Source: Camelus dromedarius (taxonomy: Eukaryota). From it: DNA of 64,000 nt. Below the pieces are notes generated by a model, which was given only the letters and a program-made list of their open reading frames with translations, was not told the origin of the DNA and searched no databases. Where the stretch lies: assembly GCF_036321535.1 (NCBI RefSeq), contig NC_087459.1, positions 9,362,001-9,426,000 on the forward strand, in the 5' to 3' direction. The translations under genes and the position numbers were made by a program. Shown piece after piece: positions 11,850 to 25,242 of the stretch; the stretch's first letter is position 1, and each line of letters begins with the position of its first letter.

Positions 11850-14800
11850 ATCCTGGTCTTCCATCTACATCTTTCCCTGGAAGTTGCAAGCCTTCAGAGT
11901 TCCAGAGTAGTTCCACCAGGCCAATTCTGCCAGTGCAGTTGTTGTCCAGGTGGGGAGACATATTCCATGATCTCCCCAGAATCTTCTCTGATCCAAAGCA
12001 TTTTGCACAAGAGTGGGTGAAACAGTCAGGGAGTGAAGAAGGGAAGTTCCCAGGACTCCTTGATACAGGAGCCCCATGCACAGCGGTACCAAAACCCACT
12101 GGTGAAGCCCTGACTTGGCTGCAATTAGATTGAGAGAACAGGATGGAAAAGTGCAAGAGTTCACAAAATTATGGAAGTTGGAAAGTTTAAACAAGCTCTA
12201 TGTAAAGAAGTTGTGTCTCCTTTCCCTAATGAGAGTGGTATTAAGTCATACTGGAGAACATTTTCCCTGCTTAGTATCATAAAACCAAAACCTGTAGATG
12301 GGGTCCCCATGGAGGCCACAGTTATGAATGTGAGAGTCAATGGTACTAAAGTAAAAGTTAGTAGAGTTGGAATGTTTGGTCAGACTTTATGTAAATTGGT
12401 TGTGCGTCTTTTACCTGAGTGCAACTATGGGGATTGACATTTTGCCTGACTGGGGGATGTTTCTCTAACTAGTCTTGTAAAACAGAAGGCATGCACATTT
12501 GCCCTTCAAGCAATGTTACTTGGATGTGCTAAACAGGAACCAGTAAGATTGCCTGGGTCCACGCAGCATGGGATAGAAGTGTGGGGTCCCAGCAGGGACA
12601 AATTCTCTGCGCAGTAGCCCTAAGTGGACTGTAGACTGGAGCTTAAGACAAAAGCCCATGAGCGCTCCCCAGCGACGACTACTGGGACTTTGGACAAGAG
12701 AGTTTCCAGGGTTATTTACCACCTTGCTATCAGCCATTAATTGAAGCTACCTTGATGACTGAAGGACATAAAATGATCTTAAAACCTGAAATACCCATAA
12801 TGTCTATGGTGATGTCAGAGAAATGCTCTAATGGGGATGGCAGGGCCCTGAAGAGTCCCATAATAAAATGGAGATAGTTTTTACAGGATGGTGCTTACTG
12901 GGGAGAGCCTCACATGCAGGGGGCCTCTCTTCTCTGAGGACTGACTCTGGATCTGTGCGAGCAGCTGCCAGTTTCTGCCACTTGGACAGCCCTATAAACT
13001 GCTCTTGACTGACCAACAAATTGCTGCTTGGTTTGTGGACAACAATTCCAGGTGAATGGACAATATCCTCTTTGGAAGGCCACCACTCTGATCAAAGAAG
13101 GTGAAAACTAATCAGTCTGGTGGACTGAACTGTATGCTGTTTTCCTAGCTATAATTGAAGAATTGACAGTAGTGAAATTTCCTATGTTTTGGTTTCTCCT
13201 GACTCATCGTCAGGCAGGAGGGCAGTGGAAACCTGGCCTCTTTAAGGGATGCCCATATGGGGCCCAGTCCTTTCGGAATCACTATGGAAATTTGAGGGGT
13301 GCTTTAAAGTAGGACTCGGCACATCAGTGCCCATCACTGGAACCCCCTTCCAGGTGAATAAGCAGATATTCCCATCTGTTCACTTAAGGTGGCCACCTGG
13401 GCCTACGAAATAAGTGGACATGGGGTCACTGCAGCAATGTAGAGATGGGCTGAATCTAGACATGGTCCTCTTGTACCCTCAGAGGCACAAAATGCCAATA
13501 AGAGCTGTTCTGTCCTCAAGCAAGAGACAGAGAACAGAGATGGCTATGTGGCAGATTCCCTAGGGGGACGGCCTGGATAAAAACTGGCAAGTGAGACTCC
13601 TGCTGGTGTCCCTGGGGTGGGTGTGGCATGGCAGATGGGTCCTGACAGGAGCAGCCACCGACGCTGGACTGGGCTTTGCTTACCCAGTGATAGATGCAAA
13701 TGCTCAGAACAACACAAAAGAACCAAATCAAAAGATATTGCACCAGCTTGGGTGGCCGATCATCATTTCTTCAGATCAAGAGCCCACTTTATAGCCCATA
13801 ATGTCCAACAGTGGGCAAAGAATATCGTCCCCAGGGTACTAGTTTGGTAGAGAATTGAAATGGGTGGTTGAAACACTGGTTGTCCAAAGTGGGAGCAGAG
13901 GGTGGGGAATAGCTCCGTGAGTGCATGCTTAACATGCTCGAGGACCTGGGTTCAATCCCTAGTACCTCCATTAAAAAAAAAAAAAAAAAAGACAAAATGG
14001 GGGCAGATAAAGCCTGAAAATCTGTCCCACTAGGTAGATCTCTCTGTTTCTGGCAGATCTGGGGAGATCACGCAGGGAGAGATGCTGGGGAGACTGTGCA
14101 ATTCTTCCCCACGACAAGGAGGATGCTCATATAACAACTCAATTTTTCTTTCTTACTTCCTCCCCACGTCACCTCAACTTTCTTTCTTCCTACCTGATGC
14201 AGTTGTCATATGACCAGGGCTACAAATACAAGTGCCTGAAACAGCGATGATTCCTAAATAAGCGATTGCAACTATATTTAAAACCTTGTGTCAGAATTCC
14301 TAAGTATCTGATGGCGCAGGATGTGCCTTCACCCCCTCTGACCAGATTGGTACTAACAGTGAATGCAGCTATATCGATGGTGGTAAAGATAGCTGACCAC
14401 TCTGCATCTGGATAACCTCAGTCTGTGGACCAGGGAGAAGGCACTTGGTACACTAGTATTGCTGCCTGTAATCTAGACCCGCACAGCGGCCGAACCTAAT
14501 GTCCCTTCCAAAGGTGGAAGCATTTGGGTATCAATACAAGAGAGGAGGAATCGCAGCCAAGGGTAAAGTATAGCTAAGTGACTTATGTAATGAAGGAGAT
14601 TCAATTTTACATTAACACCTCAAAAGAGTCTCAGAGGAAGAGATAATATTTTCTCTTAGCTCTATTATACTGGATGCCTGGAATGGTGAAGGACACAGGA
14701 CAAAACAGTCACCCACAAGACGAGGAGAGAGAGAGGCCTTGAAATGGCAGGAGAAACCAGCGTTGCCTGCACCTTGGTCTGGGACTTCCAGCCACCAGAA

Positions 14801-14870
14801 CCGTGAGGAAGTGAATTTCTGTGGTTCACGTCATCCAGTTTGTTATGGCAGCCCCAGCGGACAGGATCTC
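11850..14870 (+). mobile_element. Decayed ERVL/MaLR internal region (protease, RNase H and integrase relics) followed by an MLT1-type LTR end
   Basis: GLLDTGA at 12053-12073. AWFVDNNS near 13025 and WWTELYAVFLA near 13118. GLGFAYPV...ISSDQ / HFIAHNVQQWA at about 13630-13820. MLT1 3' motif GGGACTTCCAGCCACCAGAACCGTGAG near 14780. Multiple stops and frameshifts. Confidence 0.75.
13900..13990 (+). mobile_element. Vic-1-like SINE with poly(A) tail, inserted in the ERVL relic
   Basis: GAGGACCTGGGTTCAATCCCTAGTACCTCC followed by an A run. Confidence 0.8.
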
Positions 14871-14999
14871 AGTGTTTTAGTTTGCATCTCTAGCTTGCTA
14901 ATCCTGCTCACTATTTATTTTGTTTAAAATACACGTGGGGTCCTGTCGCTGCTCTGTTCCAGAGACTGAGCTGTTTCCCTCACCTGCCCCTAGGCCAGG

Positions 15000-16200
15000 A
15001 AGTCCACCCCCACCTTCCTCCTCATCCCCTCCAGCTGCCCGGCTTCCCAGCACCGGGCTCCGCGGGGGGCGGCTCTGCGGGCCCCCAGGTCTCTGCCTCC
15101 CAGGTCTCCTCCCATTCACTCGCTCCTCTGCCCTGCGCTCCTGGCACGGGGCAGACGTTCCAGCTTCTGCGAGGATGTTCCTGGATTTTAAAGTCTAGAA
15201 CCCGCAGAGCGCGGGGCACGGTCCTGTAGTAGCAACCGGGTCTGGGATCTAGGGATGCTAAGATCACCCCATAGGAGGCAGGGACCCGCGCAGCCCACGC
15301 GTTTGGGGGAATGAATTCGGGGACCGCATGTGAAGACTGGCGCCGCACTCGCGCACGTAGGGGAAGGGGCCGCTGGCGGAGATGGGCGGGGGGCGTGCTG
15401 GAGCCGGGTGAAGAGGGAAGCGTTGCAGCCTCCTGCTGCCAGGAAATCCAGCCACGCAGTGCGGCCCGAGCCCTGGGGTCTCCGGGAAGGGCGGCTGGAG
15501 AGGGGGAGGACGCCGAGCCGCCCCTCCCCCGGGCGGGGCGGAGCAGATGTGAGAAAGCAGAAGCTAGCGGCCCTCCGGGATGTCCTGAAGCTGGATCTGC
15601 GAAGAGAAACTTGCAGCCGGGCCCGGGGCTACTGGGGACACCACCCGGCCCACCCCATCTCGCTGAACGACTGAGGGTCTGGCCATTTCCTTGCGGTGCC
15701 GTCGGCGCTTAGCCGGTGCGCCTGCCCCGCCCCGCCCCGCCCAGCCAGCCTCTCCCGTCCAGAGAAGGGACCGTTAGCGCGGACAGGACCATCCTGCTAC
15801 CCTGAGAGGCCGCCGCCGCGGACCCGGAACCTGCACCTCCGCGCCCTTCCCGCACCCTCTCAGCCCTCCGGGCCCTCCGCTGGACGTCCCCGTGCCCCCT
15901 CGTCGTGCATCCCAGGGCCCCGTACCCACCCCGCGCGGCCCATCTCCTTGCCCACCCCTCGTACTCCGGCGCCGGGTCCCCGGCGCCTCTCCGAGCCCCT
16001 GACATTCTTCCCCAGATCTCCCGGGCGGCCCGGGTCAGGTCCCCACCAGCCACGCCGGCTGCCCGGGCAGGAGCGCGCCATGCTCCGGCTCCTGGCGCTG
16101 CTGCTCCCGCTGCTGCTGCCGCCGCCCATGGGCGCCCAGGAGCCGTCCGCGCAAGACGTGAGCCTGGGCGTGGTGAGTGCCGGGGTCCGCGGATTCCTGG
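15000..16200 (+). promoter_or_regulatory. MMP25 CpG island and promoter
   Basis: CpG-dense. Tandem GC boxes CCCCGCCCCGCCCCGCCC near 15725-15742, upstream of the MMP25 ATG at 16080. Confidence 0.75.
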
Positions 16201-19200
16201 GATCTGCTGTGGAGCTGGGAGAGGGAAGCCGGGGCCTGGACTCCTGGGTTCAGAAGAGGCTGCGGGTAGATTGAAATGTCCAAAGAGTGACCGGGGATGG
16301 GGACTGGGGACCTGAATTCTTGGATCCCTCAGGAGGTTTGGGGCCCGAATTTGGAAATCTGGAAAAGGGCTGGGGTGGGGAGGTGGGGACTTTTGGGTCC
16401 ATGTGAAGACTGGCAAACGCGGGGCTGGAGGGCCTGGACCTTGAGATGGGGAGCTGGGGGCGTACCCTGTGCTGGGGACCCTGGGCTCTCCATGCCTGGT
16501 GAGAGGTGGGCTTCCAAGATGGTGGCAATGAGGGAGAGTCCCATCTCTTCGACCCATCCGGCTTCCCCTGTATCCTCCTATTGTCTAGGACTGGCTGACC
16601 CGCTATGGCTACCTGCCGCCACCTCACCCTGCCCAGGCCCAGCTGCAGAGCCAGGCAAAACTGCGGGATGCTATCAAGGTCATGCAGAGGTTTGCGGGAC
16701 TGCCAGAGACAGGCCTCCTGGGCAAGTGACCCCCCACCCCCTCCCCTTCCCTGCCTCCACATCCAGCCTGACCATTATTTCCCACCTGATCGCAGTTTCT
16801 AAACCTCTGCATGCAATCATGGGTGTTTTGAAAATGCTCACCTCGGGGGTCCCAACCTAGGAGGTTCTAAGACATTCCTCTTTTAATAAATATTTATCAG
16901 CAATCTCTTCTTGATAAACGACATACGAGGTCATTTCAGGCTCCACTGGTATAGTGGTGAGCAAGGTGGGTGAGGTCCCTGCTCTCCAGGAGCTAACATT
17001 CTAGACACATATACACAGATCAAGGACAGAAATATGTAAACCAATTTCAGGTAGTGATGAGTGTTTTGGAGAAAATAAAATGCTAATGGTATTCAGGGGC
17101 TGGGCTGGTCAGGGCAAGCTCCTCTGAAAGTTGTCATATGAGTTGAGAGGAGCTCATATGATGTTAAGAATTCATAGGACCCAAAGAAGAGGAACCAGTA
17201 ACGGGAAGGTGTGGGAGAAGAGTGTCCCAGGCAAGTGCCAAGGCCTTGTGGTAGATATAGGCTTGCATGCCTAAAATGAGAGAACAGAAGAGCTAAGCAA
17301 GAGCTTGATCAGGGGGCCTTGAGAGGTGCTTGGGTTTGATTTCAAGTGTGATAAGAAACCATGAGAGGTTTTGAAGAAAAGAGACAACTCGATCTGATTT
17401 GCAGTTTTAAGCTTCTTCTGCTTGCTGATGGAGAATGAAGGGTGGGGAGCATGGAGACCAGGAAGGAGGCAGGTAGTGTACAGGCAAGGATGTGATGGGA
17501 AGCAGTTGCATCCAGGGTATATATTTTGGAGGAAGAGCTGAGAGGCTCATCTGTTGGGCTAAGTGAGAGGAAGAGGGAAGTGGAGGGATTCTGTCCAGCT
17601 ACGAGGGAAGGTAGGACTTTTCCCTGTCCTGTCCACTGCCGAGCAGTGTCTGGTGTTGGGATGTGCTCAATTGCTTTTTTTCACCTCAACCAACAAAGTG
17701 AGGTTTGACTTTCATTGGGAGATGAAGGGGCTGCTGGAAATGGCACCCAGCAGGGAAAGGGGATTCCAGGCCACCTAACTGGGGAAGTGCTTGCTATCAG
17801 AGACCCAGCTAGCCCAAGGACTTTGAACTTTACTTGGATGTGATGGGAACTTGGGAGCTAGGGTGTGAGGTTTGGGCAACCCCCCTGAGCAGGGGATTCT
17901 AGCCTCAAAGACAGGAGTTTTCACTGCACCCCCAGTTCCTTTCTCTAGAGTCCAGCTACGAGGGCTCAGGGGAACGGGGTGCCCAGATCTTGGCTTGAGA
18001 CTCTGGGCACCACCTGGCGGCAGCCATTCCATCCAGAGCCAGGTGCAGAGGGTGATCCTACCCAGAATGGCAGTGGCATAATTTGGTATGAGCTGCCTTC
18101 CAGAATCAGACTGCCTGGGTTCAAATCTAAGCTGTGGGGCCTTCTTAGGTAGGTTTTTGAAGCTGTCTGAGACTCAATTTCCCCACATAGAAAGTTAGCT
18201 GGTACTACCGCTGACTCCTCTTCACTGCAACCTCTCCCACAGACCCAGTGACAGTGGCCACCATGCATAAGCCCCGCTGCTCCCTGCCCGACGTGCTGGG
18301 GGTAGCGGGGCTGGTCAGGCGGCGGCGGCGGTATGCTCTAAGTGGCAGCATGTGGAAGAAGCGAACCCTGACATGGAGGTAGGTCCCAGTGCCCTCTCTC
18401 ACCCTGGGCCTACCTGTTGGGCCCAGCTTCGAATGGCTGCTTTATCTCTCCTCTGCGCCCCCTTACTCCCCACGCTTCTTTCCCCAGGGTCCACTCTTTC
18501 CCCCAGAGCTCAGCACTGAGCCAGGAGACAGTGCGGACCCTAATGCACCATGCCCTGACCACCTGGGGTGTTGAGTCAGGCCTCAGATTCCAGGAGATGG
18601 GTTCTCAGGGCCCGACAGAGCCTGACATCCTCATCGACTTTGCCCGGGCCTACCATCAGGACAGTTACCCCTTCGACGGGCAGGGGGGCACCCTCGCCCA
18701 TGCCTTCTTCCCTGGGGAGCACTCCATCTCTGGGGACACTCACTTCGACGATGAGGAGACCTGGACCTTTGGGTCAAAAGGTACAATCTCCCCTCTTCTA
18801 AGAGGCCCTCTCCCCAGATCTGTCTGTCCTTAAGAATTAAGTTTAAATTACATTTATTGATGGAGGCTGTATCTGTTGGGCTTCTCNNNNNNNNNNNNNN
18901 NNNNNNNNNNNNNNNNNNNNNNNNNNNNNNNNNNNNNNNNNNNNNNNNNNNNNNNNNNNNNNNNNNNNNNNNNNNNNNNNNNNNNNNNNNNNNNNNNNNN
19001 NNNNNNNNNNNNNNNNNNNNNNNNNNNNNNNNNNNNNNNNNTGGCAAGCCCAAAATCTGTAGGGCAGGCCTACAAGCTGGAAATTCAGGTGAGATGGGAT
19101 GGTGCAGTTCTGAGTCTGCAGAACAAGCCAGCTGGAAACTCAGGCTGGATTTCTATGTTGCAGTCTTCAGGCGGAATTCCTTCTCCAGGAAACCTCAGCT

Positions 19201-22200
19201 TTCACTAGTAAGGCCTTCAACTGATTAGATGAGGCCCACCCACAGTATGGAGAGCAATCTGCTCTACTTACAGTCAACTGATTAAAGATGTCAATTTCAT
19301 CTACAAAATTACTTGCACAAGAACATCTAGATTGGTATTTGATCAACCAACAGGGCACCATAGTTTGGCCAAGTTGACACAGAAAATTGCCCATCACAGA
19401 GACCTGTCAGGTGCTTAATGCCATGCTGGGGCTGAGGACTTAAAGGGGCAAAAACACAGCTCTGGCAGCAGCTGAGTCAGAAGAGTAACAGGCAGTTGTG
19501 ACACACGGTGACACAATTATGGGAAATCATAGCAGAGGAAGTCCTCAAGCCTGGGGGGTGCTGCAGCAGTGAGGTTTTGTTTGATTGTTTGTTTTGTTTT
19601 TTTACTGGAGGTACTGGAAATTGAACCCAAGACCTTGTATATGCTAAGCATTCACTTTACCACTGAATTATAACCTCCTCCTGGGAAGCAATGACTTTGT
19701 TCATTCCACATATATATACTGAGTGCCAATCAGTGCACAAGGTCCCACTCTCCCAGACTATGCAGGGTGGGGGTGGGGGCGGGAGAACACACAAGAAAGC
19801 ACCTGCCAGTGAGCTGGCTGAGGCCAGGAGAGTCAGGGGTGGGAGCACTGGGGTGAGAAATGGCCTGGAACATTCAGGGCTAGAAGGAAAAACTGTGTTG
19901 GGAGGGGACTGCGGAGGATGGAGGGTAGGTCTTATACCACAAAGGGCCTTGGAGAGTACATGGATGAGTCTGGACAATAGGATTCTGAAGGCGGAAGGTT
20001 GTGCATTCTAGAACTACTACTGGCTGCTGTGGGGGGCAAGCTAGGGACAGTGCGGTGTGCAGGTAGGAAGCCGCAGGGTCCAAGTAAGAGATGGGGGTTG
20101 GGAATGGGGATGAAGATGAGGGCAGAGGATGGGCAAAAATTGGGATCTGACTGGATTCTGGGGGCAAACAGGGTGGGGAGTGTTGGGTACTGGTCAGGTT
20201 TCCAGCTCAGGGCCCCTAAAGGATGGTGTCCTGTTCATGCAAGTGGGAAGTGTGGGAGGAGGAGGAGCAGGCTGGGGAAGGCAGGGGTGAGTTCAGGTTG
20301 GGACATGTATCTGCAGTGCTGGTTGGCTGGTTGGCGCAGGTGGTGCATTGGTGGTTGAGGATCTTGCTCTAGAATGTGGATTCCTCCAACTTCACGCAGG
20401 TTCCCCTGAAGTGGAGCTTGAGAGGGAAATTTGTGTGCAAGTAGTTTCTCAGGGGGCACATTCTCAGGGGAAAGGGAAACAGGAGAAGACTGAGGGAAAG
20501 AAGCTAAGCAAGAATGTGGTCTCAGCTGGAAGGGAGCCTGATCCTGCGGGGAACTCTGCAGCAGAAATAGTACTGTGGGGTTGGTTCGTCCTGGAGGCAA
20601 GAGGCACAACTTTTCCAGTCCCTGATCAGTCAACTATGGTTGCCAGCTGCTGGGGTAGGCTGGGCCAGGAGGGAGGGCCATTTTGTGGGGAAGGTAGCAG
20701 CTGGAGGCTGGGCACACAGGCTCGGTAAGGACTTGGGTGAGGTGCAGATAGCCTTCACAAATCCACAACAGTGAGGCTGTGTGATGCAGCACGTGAGAAC
20801 TTGGGTTTGCAGCGGAACTCAAGCTGCCTACTTCATGTATAAATTTCTTGACCTCAATGTGCTCAGTTTCCTCATCTAAGAAATGGGGATAATCACAGTA
20901 CCTGCTGGTACCGCGGGCTGGCAGACTGAATGAGTCATTCACCAACAGCTCTCAGCATGGGGCCTGGCACAGAGTAGGGCTCCATTCACTGCCAGCTGCT
21001 ATGAGCTGGGCCTAGTAGCAGAGAGTCGTTGGTACTGGGGGTGGGTAAGGTTCCAGGGAGTGAATGTGGAATGTGAAGGTTGAGTGCAGAGCAGTGGAGA
21101 GTCCCAGAGTTAAGGGGAGGGTGGCAGGGAAGGTGGAATTCGAGGAAATGGAGGGGAAGAAAAAAAAAAAAAAACAGGTTGAAAGGTGATTTAAAACCAA
21201 AGCAAAGGAGGAAGTGGTCAGCAGGGAGCAGGGCAGCAAATCAGTCCAGTAAGTTACTTAGGCCTGGATTTGGTCATCTGGGGACAAAGTAACCTGTAGT
21301 GCCCACAGGTTTGGTGGGTGGGGGAAGAATCCAGACCACAGGGGCATGAGAGGAGCTGAGGAACTGAAGACTGATACTCACTGAACTCAAAGAACTTGCT
21401 TTGGAGGGAGAGGGTGAGGGGCAGGGTAGGACGGGGGTGTCTCAGGATGAGGGAGCCTTGAGCACTCAGGTGCGGTAGATGAGCCAATAGAAAGAAAGAG
21501 GTGGGGGTGGATGCATGGATCGTGGATTGATGGATGGATAAATGGGTGGATGGATGGACATGGATGGATGCATGAATGCAGGGATGACGGAGGGGATGGG
21601 GATTGTCCTTCTCCTAAAGAAGGTGAGAGAGGCCAGGACCTTGAGCAGGGCAGCACAAGAGGTAAGAGATGAGCATGGGGAAGGTGAAGCTATCTGCCCC
21701 TCTTTCAGATACACAGGAAGTCACAGATTACATCAGTGGCCAGTCTTGATGAAATAGGAAATACATTTGTCAGCGTTTGTCATCAAAGAGTTGGGGGTTT
21801 GAGCTGGAGCTAGGTAGTGGCTTGAGAGGCTGTGGGTCTAGAATTGAGGCTGAGTGGAGAGAGCAAAGGAGCTGCCCGCTGAGGTCTTGGGCAAGGATGA
21901 GAGGAGGTGCCGAGGACTCCCTTAGACGGGCACTGGCAGTCTCACGGGGCTGTATCTGCACAGTTGTGAAATTTCCCCAGCTGAATATCATGACAAGGGT
22001 GCAAGGAGGGGGTGTGGCTAAAGGAGAAGCAAGGTAGGAAGAGGGGTGAGATATGAAAAAGCTCTACCTGACTAAGACACCAAACTTCCTCCAATTTCTT
22101 AGAAAAAGTACTCCAAGCAATGAGAACACCCACAGTCAACATGGAAATTCATTAGTACTTAGGAGTCTGACCAAGATGTCCGAAATCACTGCTGAAAGGC

Positions 22201-25200
22201 AGGACAGCACAGCCAGAGTGCCAGCCGTGTCCAAGCTCTGCCATATAACTTGACTTCTCTGTGCCTCAGTTTCCTCACCTGTAAAATGGGGAGAGGATGT
22301 AGAGATTTGTGGAAAGTAAATGAGGACAAGTGTTTGCTAGTCCTCTTATGTCTTACACATTTCATGCTTAGATTCTCATCTAGTGGCCATAAGGGGCTGA
22401 GAGAAATTGGCTTTTCAGTTCACTGGGTTACTTCCAATAAACCCACTTTCAGTACTGCTCACTCTAGTTAGAAATTTCCCTGAAGCAGATCAACATCTGG
22501 GGGAATCTGTGCCTCCCTGTGGGGGCTGCTTGCCTCTCTCGCTTTGTCCTTTCTTGGCCTCTCACTGGCTCATAAATCGATGAGGAGCTGGGGTTCAGCC
22601 AGCAGCTGGGTGCGTGGAGAGGCTAGGTCTTGCCTGGCGCCTGGGCTGGGTCCCCAAGAGAGAGACTTCTGTGGTCAGAGAGGCTGCGCGCCAGGCCAGC
22701 AGGCTGTGGTCGGAGAGTGCCTGCTGGGGCTTCACATTCTGAGACTGATGGAGGCTGCAGTGGTGGGGAGGAGAGGTGAGGACCCCAGGGAGGTGGGAGT
22801 GGAGGCTGTGGGAGAGGGAGATGGGGGAGGGGAAATAGAGGACTGAAGGGTTGTGGGAGCTAGAGGAACGGGGATGGAATGAGGGTGGGGGGGGCAGGAG
22901 AGGACCATGAGGGTGCGAGTGGGGCCAAGGAGTCTGACCAACATTCCCTGTGGGTGGAAGTGGGAAGGGTGGGGAGGAGTGGGGGGCCTCTGCCAACAGA
23001 CTGGAGCTATGGGAAGGGGGTACTCCAAGGGCTGGGGCTTCCTCAAGAGAACTTCATGCACCCTGAGGTTCCTGCTCTCTACAGAATGTTTCTGTAGGCT
23101 GCCTTCCTGGAGGAAGTGGCTACATCAGAGTAAAGTACTCCTTCCTCTGTCCACACTGTTTCCTCTTGCCCTTTCCCTAACATGCTCTGTGGGTCTTTTC
23201 AGCCCGGCACCTTAGGGTCTTGCGTTGCCATACAAGGCTACTCAAAAATATTTACGAAATAAGCAAACCCATAGAGGATGGATAAAAGGGCTCAGGGAGG
23301 GGTCTGAGCAGAAGAAGCCATGGCCACCTCTGAGGGTCTCCTGGCTGTTTCTGTCCACCAGAAGGCCCCACTCCCAGGGGCTTCCTGGTTGCACTGGGAG
23401 GGGCGGGCTGGGGGTGAGGCACAGCTCCAGCCCAATCTCCCTCCCTCCCCAGATGGTGAAGGAACCGACCTGTTTGCCGTGGCTGTACATGAGTTTGGTC
23501 ACGCCCTGGGCCTGGGCCACTCCTCAGCTCCCGACTCCATCATGAGGCCCTTTTACCAGGGCCCAGTGGGCAACCCCACTGAGTACCGCCTGTCCCAGGA
23601 TGACCGCGAAGGCCTCCAGCAGCTCTACGGTATGGGGAGTGATGGGGTGACTGCCTGGTGTTCGCCTCGGCAGGGTCAGGAGACCCATGCCTCTCTAACG
23701 CTCTCTCCACAGGGAAAACACCCCAAACCCCTTATGACAAGCCCACAAGGAAACCCCTGGCTCCTCCTCCCCCACCCCCTGCCCTGCCCCCGGACAGGTG
23801 AGTCCCCCGCCAGCTGCGCGGGCTTGGGTGAGCTCCCTAGCCTGAGTGTCCTCCTCCATGAGATGGGCATGGTAAGAGTCCCTGTTATCAAGGTTAAGGA
23901 AAGGGAGGAGGAGCCCCCTACCTCTCTCTGCTCACCTGTCTTCTCCTCAGCCCCTCCCAACCCGTTCCTGATCGATGTGCTGGAAATTTTGACGCCATTG
24001 CCAACATACGAGGCGAAACTTTCTTCTTCAAAGGTGAATGACTTCGGGTCTCTGGACCACATATAGTTGGTTTCCTCCCCGCTAAGGGTGACCCACCCAG
24101 GCTATGGGGTTCCCAGGGATGCGGAACCTTCAGTGCTAAAAAGAGAAAGTCCTGGACCAGCCGGTCGCCAGAGGCACACTGCACCCTTGATTTCCAGATG
24201 GAACTGTCTGCCCATACCTGGGAGGGGAGACCTAGCCCTGTGTCCCAGCTACCCACTGGGGTGGGGAGGGAGGAAGACCGCTTGCCATCTCACGCCCGCA
24301 GGCCCACCCCTTCTGCACCGCAGGCCCCTGGTTTTGGCGCCTCCAGCCCTCGGGACAGCTGGTGTCCTCCCGGCCCGCCCGGCTCCACCGCTTCTGGGAG
24401 GGGCTGCCGCCCCAGGTTACGGTCATCCAGGCCGCCTACGCCCGGCACAGAGACGGCCGGATCCTCCTCTTCAGCGGTGAGTAGGGGCCGGGGCCGAGTT
24501 GGCGCCGGGGGCGCGGAGCTCGCCGCTCACCCGGCCGCCTCCCCGCAGGTGCGCAGTTCTGGGTGTTCCGGGACCGGCAGCTGGAGGGCGCCGCGCGGCC
24601 GCTAGCGGACCTGGGGCTGCCCCCGGGGGGGGCGGTGGACGCCGTGTTCTCGTGGCCGCTGAACGGGAAGACCTACCTGATCCGGGGCCAGCGGTACTGG
24701 AGGTACGACGAGGCGGCGGCGCGCCCTGACCCCGGCTACCCACGCGACTTGAGCCTCTGGGAGGGGGCGCCTCACTCCCCCGACGACGTCACTGTCAGCA
24801 ACACAGGTGGGAGAGCGCGCGGGGACGGTCCCGAGGCCCCGGGGGATGCGGAGCTCGCGGCGGGACCGGGGGTTTTTCGCAGAGCCGCGGGGAGAAAGCG
24901 GCCCGGTGGGAGGGGGCGGGGCTCGGGCGGGTCTGGACCAGCCCCCAAAGCCCCTGCTCCCTCCTCTCAGGTGACACCTACTTCTTCAAGGGCGCCCACT
25001 ACTGGCGGTTCCCCAAGGGCAGCGTCAAGGCCGAGCCGGACTCCCCCCAACCCATAGGCCCTAAGTGGCTGGACTGCCCCGCCCCCAGCGTTGGCCCTCG
25101 CGCCCCCAGGCCCCCCAAGGCGACTCTTCAGCCTGGAGCCTGCGACTGTCAGTGCGAGATCAGTCAGGCGGCGGGGCGGCCGTCCGTGCCCCTCCTGCTG

Positions 25201-25242
25201 CCCCTTCTGCCCCTGCTGCTGGGGGGCGTCGCCTCCCGCTGA
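16080..25242 (+). CDS. MMP25: Matrix metalloproteinase-25 (MT6-MMP, GPI-anchored), 560 aa
   Basis: Coding exons 16080-16172, 16589-16721, 18243-18378, 18488-18780, 23453-23629, 23713-23797, 23951-24033, 24324-24476, 24549-24806, 24971-25242 (1683 nt, open frame). Signal peptide, cysteine switch PRCSLPD, furin site RRRRR, zinc motif [11 protein letters not shown], Met-turn SIMRP, hemopexin repeats, stem CDCQC and hydrophobic GPI tail. Intron 2 has a GC donor. Confidence 0.97.
16870..17530. mobile_element. L2 fragment in MMP25 intron 2
   Basis: AATAAATATTTAT and GAGGTCCCTGCTCTCCAGGAGCTAACATTCTAG are L2 3' motifs. Further L2 pieces at about 19400-20100, 21780-22250, 33950-34520, 47600-48900 and 63780-64000. 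Confidence 0.6.
18860..19398 (-). mobile_element. MLT2 (ERVL) LTR in MMP25 intron 4, with a gap at N 18887-19041
   Basis: CCTTCAACTGATTAGATGAGGCCCACCCACA and GGCCAAGTTGACACAGAAAATTGCCCATCACA. Confidence 0.75.
19575..19681 (-). mobile_element. Vic-1-like SINE
   Basis: GGAGGTACTGGAAATTGAACCCAAG and TTTACCACTGAATTATAACC. Confidence 0.7.
21505..21580. repeat. Degenerate (GGAT)n microsatellite
   Basis: GGATGCATGGATCGTGGATTGATGGATGGATAAATGGGTGGATGGATGGACATGGATGGATG. Confidence 0.8.

Noticed and set aside
15311-16860. Many overlapping 110-280 aa ORFs
   Set aside because: Expected in a CpG island that is poor in stop codons; only the MMP25 exons have recognisable content.
24477-24548. 72-nt in-frame MMP25 intron as a retained-intron isoform
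   Set aside because: Retention reads GGT GAG TAG, an immediate stop.
24620-24632. C5G8 homopolymer in MMP25 exon 9 as a possible frameshift
   Set aside because: Exon length (258 nt) and frame are intact (LPPGGAV).
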